A DNA stretch of 64,000 bases from Bacilli bacterium (GTDB lineage: Bacteria; Bacillota_I; Bacilli_A; RF39; UBA660): assembly GCA_022795155.1 (NCBI GenBank), contig JAAWGF010000001.1, positions 4,533 to 68,532 of the forward strand, written 5' to 3'. Both the position numbers and the translations under genes were made by a program. Positions 20,049-27,400 of this stretch are shown here, piece after piece (the first letter of the stretch is position 1; the number at the start of each line of letters is the position of its first letter). Below the pieces are notes generated by a model that did not search any database, was not told where the DNA came from, and worked only from the letters and a program-made list of their open reading frames with translations.

Positions 20049-20663
20049 TGTAATGGCGCATTATTCTAGTCAATACAATCTATTATGAAGGTGGGCCTAA
20101 AAATCCACTAAAGAGCATATCTGTGAAACTTTTGGTGCTTGCTTCTTACGCCCAGTTTGGGGTGAGTGCTGGAAGGAAGAGTTCTAGGGCGACCGTAATG
20201 GCATACGTTATCGACCCAGTTCTTGAGGAGACCCATTCTTGTGTTTAGCCTATACACATTATGTTGATGGACTAAATACGAAATGGGATTGAACCTACTA
20301 TGTGATGAAAGTTGCGAGTAGTGTAGCTTGTCTTGCGTGAAAATATGGGAATAACTGATCTACCAAAAATTTTTTGGCCAAAAAGATTTGCGGATTGCAG
20401 TTTGAAACTATTTTTGCAAAAAAGAATTAATTTTAGATTGATTGTCGAGGAAATCTCCTAGAATGTTTTTTAAGATAGGATTGCAGTGCGTACTAAGTGG
20501 TAATCAAGTCATATGTTTGGTAACAATATATCAAATTTTTTAATGGGGAACCGCTTTTTGGTAACGAAAAGTAAAATTTGGGGAAATCCAACTTGACCTA
20601 AGACGTAAAGTTTACTATTTTAAAGCCATTTATGTTAAAAAGGGATTTAACAGCCCTTTTTTT
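20049..20663 (+). ncRNA. candidate large (~615 nt) structured noncoding RNA, class unassigned
   Basis: Promoter and terminator bracket the region, and the supplied track shows no ORF on either strand. Local G+C reaches about 50% (32/60 in 20161-20220) against a background of about 25%. It also has internal short repeats and hairpins. Confidence 0.55.
20637..20663 (+). terminator. intrinsic terminator of the noncoding unit
   Basis: AAAAAGGG / CCCTTTTT stem with a 9-nt loop, followed by T7. Confidence 0.5.
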
Positions 20664-20848
20664 ATATGTCTTTTATTAGCAAAAAAGGAACTGCCGGATT
20701 AACAGTTCCAAAAAAGAATAAAAAGGGGTTGGCTAGTGTGATACTAGCTCCAATTCGCTTAAATCGAATTGGTACTGTATATACTAATCGAAAATACTTA
20801 AAAAGTCAATGCTTTTTTAAAAAAATTTTTAAATTATTAAAAAAAAGG

Positions 20849-20877
20849 TTGAATATCGAACAATTGTTTGCTAAAAT
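20849..20877 (+). promoter_or_regulatory. recG promoter (TTGAAT-17-TAAAAT)
   Basis: Hexamers at 20849-20854 and 20872-20877. The spacer is filled by a LexA box. Confidence 0.55.
20857..20870 (+). promoter_or_regulatory. LexA (Cheo/SOS) box CGAACAATTGTTTG
   Basis: Matches the Firmicute CGAAC-N4-GTTYG consensus and is identical to the 14-mer in front of lexA at 44225-44238. Confidence 0.65.
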
Positions 20878-20900
20878 ATTATTGGAAAGTCGGTGATATA

Positions 20901-22898
20901 TTGGAGTTAACTGAAGTGACAGGGATAGGTTCAAAGTCTATTATAACTTTAAATAAATTGGGCATTTTTAGTATTGAAGATTTAGTAACGTATTATCCTT
21001 TTCGGTACAATATATTAAAACGGTCAAATTTATTAGAAGTAATGCAAGATGATAATGTCGTTATTGATGGGGTAATTGATAGTAAACCAAGTATTTTTTT
21101 CTTTGCTAAACATAAAGATAAAATGACTTTTAAATTAAAAACGAATAATATGTTACTTTCGATAATTATTTATAATCGTGGATATTTAAAGAATAGATTA
21201 TTAATAGGTAAGATAATTACGATTATTGGTAAATATGATAAATTGCATAATACAATTGTGGCAAATGATATAAAATTGTCCCCTTTAACAGATATTCCTG
21301 AGATAGAACCAATTTATCATGTGAATTATAGTACTACATCTAATAAAATACATAATTATATTGTAAAAGCTTTAAAAAAGGATTTTTTGATAATTGATTA
21401 TATCCCAGATAAGTATATTCAAAAATACGATTTTATAATTAAAGAAGAAGCTGTTAAGATTATACATAATCCTACTAATACTTGTTTACTAAAAAAAGCA
21501 TTAGAGAGGTTAAAATATGAAGAATTATTTTTATTTATGATAAAAATTAATTATCTTAAATTAAATAATAATTTTCAATTTGGATTAAAAAGAGATGTCA
21601 ATAAATTAGACGTTGATAATTTTATTAATAATTTAAGCTTTACTTTAACTGAGGATCAAATTAAATGTGTTCAAGACGTTTATAACGATTTAATTAGTGA
21701 AAAGAGAATGAATCGTCTTATTCAGGGTGATGTTGGTAGTGGTAAAACAATAGTAGCTATTATTGCTATATATATTAATTATTTAAGTGGGTATCAGAGT
21801 GCCTTAATGGCCCCGACAGAAATTTTGGCTAAACAGCATTTTGAAAATATTAGTAATTTGTTTTCAAGGTATGGAATTAGAGTATCTCTTTTAACAGGTA
21901 ATTTAAAGTTAAAAGAAAAAAGACAAATCTATGAAAAATTAAGTTCAGGTGAAATAAATGTTATTGTGGGGACACATGCCTTGTTTATCGATGAAGTTAA
22001 GTATTATAATCTAGGATTGGTTATTACTGATGAGCAACACCGTTTTGGCGTTAATCAGCGTGCTAATTTAAAAAATAAAGGTTTAGTTCCTGATATATTA
22101 TATATGAGCGCAACACCAATTCCTAGAACTTATGCACTTACTATTTATGGCGATATGGATGTTTCTAGTATTAAGACAATGCCTAATGGGCGCAAACCTG
22201 TTGTTACTTATTTAAAAAAAGATAGTGAAATTAAAGATGTATTAAATATGATGCTTGAACAATTAAAGTCTAATCATCAAATATATGTTATAGCGCCATT
22301 AATTGAAGAAAGTGACAAAATTGATTTAGAAAATATTAATGAGTTGTATCAAAAGATGGATAGAGCTTTCGGTAAATTTTATAATGTGGATATATTACAT
22401 GGTAAAATGACTGCTCTAGAAAAAGAAAATGTAATGAATAAATTTCTAAACAATGAAATACAAATATTAGTTAGTACAACAGTTATTGAGGTTGGTGTCG
22501 ATGTTAAGAATGCTACTATGATGGTTATTTTTGATAGTTATCGTTTTGGTTTATCAGCTATACACCAACTTAGAGGTAGAGTTGGAAGAAATGATTTACA
22601 ATCCTATTGTATTTTAATTAGTAATAAGAATACAGAAAGACTTAAGATTTTAACTGAAACAAATGATGGATTCAAAATTAGTGAAGAGGATTTTAAGTTA
22701 CGTGGTAGTGGAGATCTTTTTGGTGTAAAACAAAGCGGTGATATGAATTTTCAAATAGCAAATATAAAAAACGATTATAATCTTCTTTTAATGGCTAAAG
22801 ATGATAGTGATGAATATTTGAAAAATATTGATTTATATAATGATGTTAAAGCTAATCAGTTAAAAGATATTTTATATTGTTCTAATAATCTTGATTAA
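20901..22898 (+). CDS. recG: ATP-dependent DNA helicase RecG
   Basis: Wedge domain plus superfamily-2 helicase motifs (GDVGSGKT, DEQHRFG, QLRGRVGR). TTG 20901 after GGTGA is preferred because the track start at 20868 lies inside the promoter. Confidence 0.93.
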   Translation: MELTEVTGIGSKSIITLNKLGIFSIEDLVTYYPFRYNILKRSNLLEVMQDDNVVIDGVIDSKPSIFFFAKHKDKMTFKLKTNNMLLSIIIYNRGYLKNRLLIGKIITIIGKYDKLHNTIVANDIKLSPLTDIPEIEPIYHVNYSTTSNKIHNYIVKALKKDFLIIDYIPDKYIQKYDFIIKEEAVKIIHNPTNTCLLKKALERLKYEELFLFMIKINYLKLNNNFQFGLKRDVNKLDVDNFINNLSFTLTEDQIKCVQDVYNDLISEKRMNRLIQGDVGSGKTIVAIIAIYINYLSGYQSALMAPTEILAKQHFENISNLFSRYGIRVSLLTGNLKLKEKRQIYEKLSSGEINVIVGTHALFIDEVKYYNLGLVITDEQHRFGVNQRANLKNKGLVPDILYMSATPIPRTYALTIYGDMDVSSIKTMPNGRKPVVTYLKKDSEIKDVLNMMLEQLKSNHQIYVIAPLIEESDKIDLENINELYQKMDRAFGKFYNVDILHGKMTALEKENVMNKFLNNEIQILVSTTVIEVGVDVKNATMMVIFDSYRFGLSAIHQLRGRVGRNDLQSYCILISNKNTERLKILTETNDGFKISEEDFKLRGSGDLFGVKQSGDMNFQIANIKNDYNLLLMAKDDSDEYLKNIDLYNDVKANQLKDILYCSNNLD

Positions 22899-22918
22899 AT
22901 AAATATATATAAATTTAC

Positions 22919-22947
22919 TTGACTTTTGATTTTTAATAATGTATTAT
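22919..22947 (+). promoter_or_regulatory. sigma-A type promoter (TTGACT-17-TATTAT)
   Basis: Hexamers at 22919-22924 and 22942-22947, just after the recG stop. Confidence 0.5.
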
Positions 22948-22953
22948 TATAAT

Positions 22954-23045
22954 AGCGTGATAGTATCACGCTAAGCTCTTACGGTTGAATGTGAGGGCGT
23001 AACCGAAACCCCCTGAAGCTAGGTCGAGAGACCTAGCATTTTTTG
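22954..23045 (+). ncRNA. candidate ~90-nt small RNA
   Basis: The region starts with the 19-bp perfect palindrome AGCGTGATAgTATCACGCT. It then has a C-rich stretch, CCCCCUGAAG, and the terminator hairpin GCTAGGTC-GAGA-GACCTAGC followed by T6. Confidence 0.4.
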
Positions 23046-23226
23046 CGTCATGCCTTATAAAGTCAATGTTTACAAGGGATTGTGTGTTTACAACTTAGTT
23101 GTATTAGGTACAATTTAGAGACCTTTTAGATACTTTTTTTGGTACCTAAATGTATCTAGATGGTATCTAAAATAGAAAATTGAAATTTATAAACTCTTAT
23201 AAATACTGACTTTAAATAGAAAAAAG
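23009..23226 (+). repeat. noncoding module A (paralogous to module B at 25984..26178)
   Basis: Shares with module B the string CCCCCTGAAG-hairpin-TTTTTTGC, then TATAA(a/t)GTCAAT, TAGTTGTATTAG, TAGATACTTTTTT, TACCTAAA and TTATAAATACTG(a/g)CTTTAAATAGAAAAA, in the same order. Confidence 0.7.
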
Positions 23227-23344
23227 TGTGCTTTTTGCTCTCTTGGGGAGGTTGCGTGAATATTGATTTATTTGTTCTAATAATTTAATGGGTACAAAAT
23301 GGGCGAATTCATGATATAATTATTATGTTAGAGGATGTGATAAT

Positions 23345-25717
23345 ATGAATAATGAGGCTAATACTAGAGCTCTTTTTGAACAATTATTAAAAGAAAATGA
23401 TTTTAAATTTTCTGTTAAAGGAGCTGAATCATCCGATGATAACTGTATTGTAGAAGGAGAAAAAAGTGCCAATTTAAAGATTAACAAATTATTATCAAAT
23501 GCTTCTAAAAAAGGTTCGGGAAAAGGGAGACCTGATTACATAATTTCTAAAATAATTAATAATCCAGATTTGATTATTATATGTGAATGTAAGGCGCAAA
23601 CAAAATTCCATGAATCAATTAATTTAGACAAATATGGTGATTATGCTGTAGATGGCGTTTTGCTGTATTCATCATTTTTATCAAAAGAGTATGATGTTTT
23701 AAGTATAGCGATTAGTGGTGAATCAAAAAAGGATTATAAAATGTCTACTTATTTACAATTAAAGGGTGAAATAGAACCAAGAAATTTAAAAATTAATGAT
23801 GTTTATAAATTTAATGATTATATTAACCTGTATTCAAAGGATGAGCATAAATTTAATCAAGATTTATCAAAGCTGTTAGATTATTCAAGACTGTTAAATG
23901 ATCATTTGCATTCATTAAAAATCCCAGAAGATAAAAGAAGTTTATTAATTAGTGGCTGTTTAATTGCATTGCAAGATAAGGCTTTTTGTGCTTCATATAA
24001 ATTACAAGATTCTAAAGCACTTATTTCGAATTTGTTGAATACAATTGAAATACAATTGCAGAATGTTACGAATTCTGATTTAAAAAATATAATTATAAAT
24101 TATTCATTTATTAAAACCAGTACAAATTTATCTGCAAACAATAATTTACTTAGAGAAATTATAACGGGTATAAAAGATAATATTGATAATTTTATAAAGA
24201 CGCATAAATATTATGATACTTTAGGACAATTTTATATTGAATTTTTAAGATATGCAAATAATGACAAAGGTTTGGGAATAGTTTTAACGCCTCCGCATAT
24301 TACAGAATTATTTTGTGAAATAGGAAATGTTAATAAAGATTCGGTAGTATATGATAATTGTTGTGGAACAGGTGGTTTTTTAATTTCATCACTTGATATG
24401 ATGGTAAAAGATTCGTTAGGTGATAGTAATAAAGAAGCACACATAAAATCTCAACAATTAATAGGTACAGAATTCCAAGATCATATTTTTACATTGGCAT
24501 GTTCTAATATGTATATTCACGGGGATGGAAGAAGTCATATTTTTAAAGGTTCTTGCTTTGATAACAAAATTATTGAGCAAGTTAAAGCATTAAAGCCAAA
24601 TGTAGGTTTTTTGAATCCGCCATACAAATCATCTAAAAATGATATAGAGGAATTAAAGTTTGTATTAAATAATATAGAATGTTTGGAAAAAGGCTCGTTA
24701 TGTATTGCAATTATACCAATGTCATGTGCAATAGCTGACTCAAAAAATAAAGATGTTTATGATTTAAAAAAGGAACTATTAAAATATCATACCTTGGATG
24801 CAGTTTTTTCAATGCCTGATGAATTATTTGTGAATTCAAATGTAAATACGAGAACATGTATTATGGTTTTTAAAGCTAAAGAACCGCACCCTGAAAATTA
24901 TAAAACCTATTTTGGTTATTGGAAAAATGATGGTTTTATTAAGAGACGTGATGGTCGCGCAGATTATAATAATTTATGGGAAGATATAAAAAAACATTGG
25001 ATTACTTCATATAGGAACCGAGATGAGATAATTAACGAGAGTGTGAAGAAAACTGTCGGTGCAAACGATGAGTGGTGTGCTGAGGCTTATTTAGAAACAG
25101 ATTATTCAAATATTCCGAGTGATTTATTTGTATCAAAATTAAAAAATTATTGTTTGTATTTGTTTAGTAATAATCTAGCTAATTCCATAAATAATAATCC
25201 GTTAGATATATCATTTGTTTCAGAAGATAATAAAGAGTATGGATATTTTAAAATAAAAGATTTCTTTGATGTTAAATCTGGTGGAGATAAACCTAAGGAT
25301 TGTTATTATCCTGCCGAAGGGTATTATGAAGTTAATTCTGTAGAAAACCAAGTTAATAATAATGGAATCAAGGAAAAAATTTATTTTGATAAAGTTGATA
25401 AAATTTATAGTAATTTTATTTCAGTTGTTTCTATTGGAGACGGTGGGACCTCATTTTATCAACCAGAAAAGTGTGCTTGTTTTACCAGAGTAAAATCTCT
25501 TATCCCAAATAATAAGATTAAATTTAATCCATATATTGCAATGTACATATGTGTTATTATAGAAATGGAAAAATATAAATATGGTTATGGTAGAGTAGTT
25601 AGTAAAGATAGACTAAAAGAATTATATTTATATTTGCCGGTTGATAAAAACAAAAATCCTGATTGGGAATATATGGAAGCATTTATTAAATCATTGCCTT
25701 ATAGTTCAAACTTATAA
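23345..25717 (+). CDS. single-chain restriction-modification enzyme: PD-(D/E)XK nuclease + N6-adenine methyltransferase (NPPY) + one HsdS-type target-recognition domain (Type IIG / BcgI-derived)
   Basis: RPDY...ICECK nuclease motif. Methyltransferase motifs DNCCGTGGF and FLNPPY. C-terminal TRD ending YKYGYGR...PDWEYMEAFIKSLPY. Confidence 0.75.
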   Translation: MNNEANTRALFEQLLKENDFKFSVKGAESSDDNCIVEGEKSANLKINKLLSNASKKGSGKGRPDYIISKIINNPDLIIICECKAQTKFHESINLDKYGDYAVDGVLLYSSFLSKEYDVLSIAISGESKKDYKMSTYLQLKGEIEPRNLKINDVYKFNDYINLYSKDEHKFNQDLSKLLDYSRLLNDHLHSLKIPEDKRSLLISGCLIALQDKAFCASYKLQDSKALISNLLNTIEIQLQNVTNSDLKNIIINYSFIKTSTNLSANNNLLREIITGIKDNIDNFIKTHKYYDTLGQFYIEFLRYANNDKGLGIVLTPPHITELFCEIGNVNKDSVVYDNCCGTGGFLISSLDMMVKDSLGDSNKEAHIKSQQLIGTEFQDHIFTLACSNMYIHGDGRSHIFKGSCFDNKIIEQVKALKPNVGFLNPPYKSSKNDIEELKFVLNNIECLEKGSLCIAIIPMSCAIADSKNKDVYDLKKELLKYHTLDAVFSMPDELFVNSNVNTRTCIMVFKAKEPHPENYKTYFGYWKNDGFIKRRDGRADYNNLWEDIKKHWITSYRNRDEIINESVKKTVGANDEWCAEAYLETDYSNIPSDLFVSKLKNYCLYLFSNNLANSINNNPLDISFVSEDNKEYGYFKIKDFFDVKSGGDKPKDCYYPAEGYYEVNSVENQVNNNGIKEKIYFDKVDKIYSNFISVVSIGDGGTSFYQPEKCACFTRVKSLIPNNKIKFNPYIAMYICVIIEMEKYKYGYGRVVSKDRLKELYLYLPVDKNKNPDWEYMEAFIKSLPYSSNL

Positions 25718-25740
25718 AAAGAGTATTTTGCTCTTTTTTT
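25718..25740 (+). terminator. intrinsic terminator after the RM gene
   Basis: AAAGAGTA / TGCTCTTT hairpin followed by a T run. Confidence 0.55.
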
Positions 25741-25983
25741 GTTTCTGATACTACTTGAAGGGAGCAGATACTTTTTGTAAACCCTTATAAACATTGACTT
25801 CAAGTGTTATCAAGGTTTATTAGAAGTGATTTTAGGTACCATTTCATTATTATAAAATAATAAAATTACGAACCAGTCAATATTAAAAAAATATTACTAA
25901 ATAAAATTGCAAGTTTTTGCAACTTATTTGCAATATATTACGATTTAGTCGTAATAATTTACAATTGAATTGTAATATCGTGG

Positions 25984-26178
25984 CCCCCTGAAGAGTCAGC
26001 TAAAGCTGGCCCACTTTTTTGCTATTCATTATAATGTCAATTTTTGTAAGGATTTGTGAGGTTGCAGCCTAGTTGTATTAGATACAGTCTATGTATCATC
26101 TAGATACTTTTTTATACCTAAAATTAAAAATTCAGATTTATTAAACGATTATAAATACTGGCTTTAAATAGAAAAATA
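25984..26178 (+). repeat. noncoding module B (paralogous to module A)
   Basis: See module A. The blocks are collinear, with one indel of about 25 nt. Confidence 0.7.
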
Positions 26179-26378
26179 GGTACTTTTCATTTTCTTGAAT
26201 ATTTTGGTTATAAAAAGCTAAGAAAAATAATTGATATTTTATAATAAAAAAATTATATAATTTTGACTATCTTTTATAAACTTTTAAATGTCGTTATATC
26301 CTTTATTTATAAGTATTTATGGCATTTTTATTTTTGAAGGTATTCACATATATTTTTATAATTTCTTATGTTTTTGCT

Positions 26379-26407
26379 TTCAAAAGTAGTAAATTGGTAG
26401 TAAAATT
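26379..26407 (+). repeat. 29-bp perfect direct repeat, copy 1 (TTCAAAAGTAGTAAATTGGTAGTAAAATT)
   Basis: An identical 29-mer recurs at 27224..27252. Confidence 0.9.
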
Positions 26408-26566
26408 CAGAAAATTTTTAAAGTGTTATAAAATATAAAAAATACTATGTAATGTCATAGTATCGAAGTATAGTCTTCACCATAATAAGGGATAGTATTA
26501 CCCTTACTATGTAGCATGAAGCATGTAGCGTTATTTAAAATTAAAAGAATACTATATTATTTTCCT

Positions 26567-27145
26567 CTATTTGATATTTATAAATTCACTATTATTAATA
26601 TGATTTCGCATTTCATAACCATTAATATGCTTTTTAGGTGCAGTGTATTTATATATTTGAATATTGGATGGATTATAATCGCTTGGGATTAACTCATTAA
26701 TCACTGCACTTTTAATAAAAGCGTTTTTAAAGTCTTCCAGTAATTTAATAATATTATCGTATTCATGTATACCACTATAAAAACAATTTTTATCATTAAA
26801 CATAGGTTCAAACCAATAGACTTTATTTTTATCGTAAAATACTAAGATAGTATGACTAGGACAACCTTTATTATCATCATACAATAGATAATAAGTTTCA
26901 TGTTTTAAAGAAGTCATATTTTCAAAAAAGCATCTAGATAATTCTGCCATATCCCAGCAAATTCCTATATGGCTTTTTAACAATTCGTTAGGTGATTGTA
27001 AACTATAAGATTGAGCATCATTAATTCCATAGTGTCTATTTCTGTCTTTATCAATCCAACCATACTCAATCTTATTTTGCATATAAGTAAGAAATTTAGC
27101 AATATTTGTTAAATCATTTTCAGTAAAAATCTTTTTATAATCCAT
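26567..27145 (-). CDS. hypothetical protein, possible transglutaminase-like (Cys-His-acid) fold
   Basis: 192 aa. The only minus-strand gene in the island. GICWDMAELSRCFF followed by SHTILVFYDKNKVYWFEP resembles the transglutaminase-core Cys and His/Asp strands. Confidence 0.55.
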   Translation of the reverse strand: MDYKKIFTENDLTNIAKFLTYMQNKIEYGWIDKDRNRHYGINDAQSYSLQSPNELLKSHIGICWDMAELSRCFFENMTSLKHETYYLLYDDNKGCPSHTILVFYDKNKVYWFEPMFNDKNCFYSGIHEYDNIIKLLEDFKNAFIKSAVINELIPSDYNPSNIQIYKYTAPKKHINGYEMRNHINNSEFINIK

Positions 27146-27223
27146 ATTAATCCCTCAATATAATTATACTTTATTTATGTGAAGCAGTACATACTCATAC
27201 TTTCAAAATTCTTTTTTTCTCTC

Positions 27224-27252
27224 TTCAAAAGTAGTAAATTGGTAGTAAAATT
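27224..27252 (+). repeat. 29-bp perfect direct repeat, copy 2
   Basis: Identical to 26379..26407. Confidence 0.9.
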
Positions 27253-27400
27253 ACTTAATTTTTTTGTATGTGTCTCTTAAAATGAGGCTTTTTAATCAAA
27301 AACTAAACTTTTAAAATAAAAAGTATTGCTATTTTTATCATAAAATATTTCTTAAAATTTGTTTTTTTGATATAATAGTCATGATAGAGTGGTGGTTTTG

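Noticed and set aside
20049..20663. The large noncoding region might be RNase P RNA, tmRNA or SRP RNA. Partial look-alikes include GAGGAAATCTCC at about 20447, TTTTAATGGGGAACC at about 20536, and GGAAGGAAG at about 20171.
   Set aside because: The invariant RNase P GAGGAAAGUCC is not present, and the look-alike elements are in the wrong order and spacing. There is no tRNA-like 3' end (GGUUCGAnUCC...CCACCA) and no tag ORF, which rules out tmRNA. The SRP domain IV motif CAGGUCCGGAAGGAAGCAGC is absent.
20666..20896. A 76-aa ORF in the track (MSFISKKGTAGLTVPKK...) upstream of recG.
   Set aside because: It has no RBS. It is made up of three hairpins plus the recG promoter and LexA box, and it overlaps the real recG start region. 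The basic, low-complexity translation is typical of AT-rich noncoding DNA.
25937..25955. ATTACGA-N5-TCGTAAT as a possible Zur box, considered because a ZIP zinc transporter lies nearby.
   Set aside because: The half-sites are in the opposite order to the Firmicute Zur consensus (TCGTAAT-N-ATTACGA). The site is 4.4 kb from the ZIP gene, which has no such motif in its own upstream region.
26379..27252. An insertion sequence or MITE as the explanation for the 29-bp direct repeats.
   Set aside because: There is no transposase, and I could find no terminal inverted repeats next to the direct repeats. At 29 bp, the repeats are far longer than typical target-site duplications.
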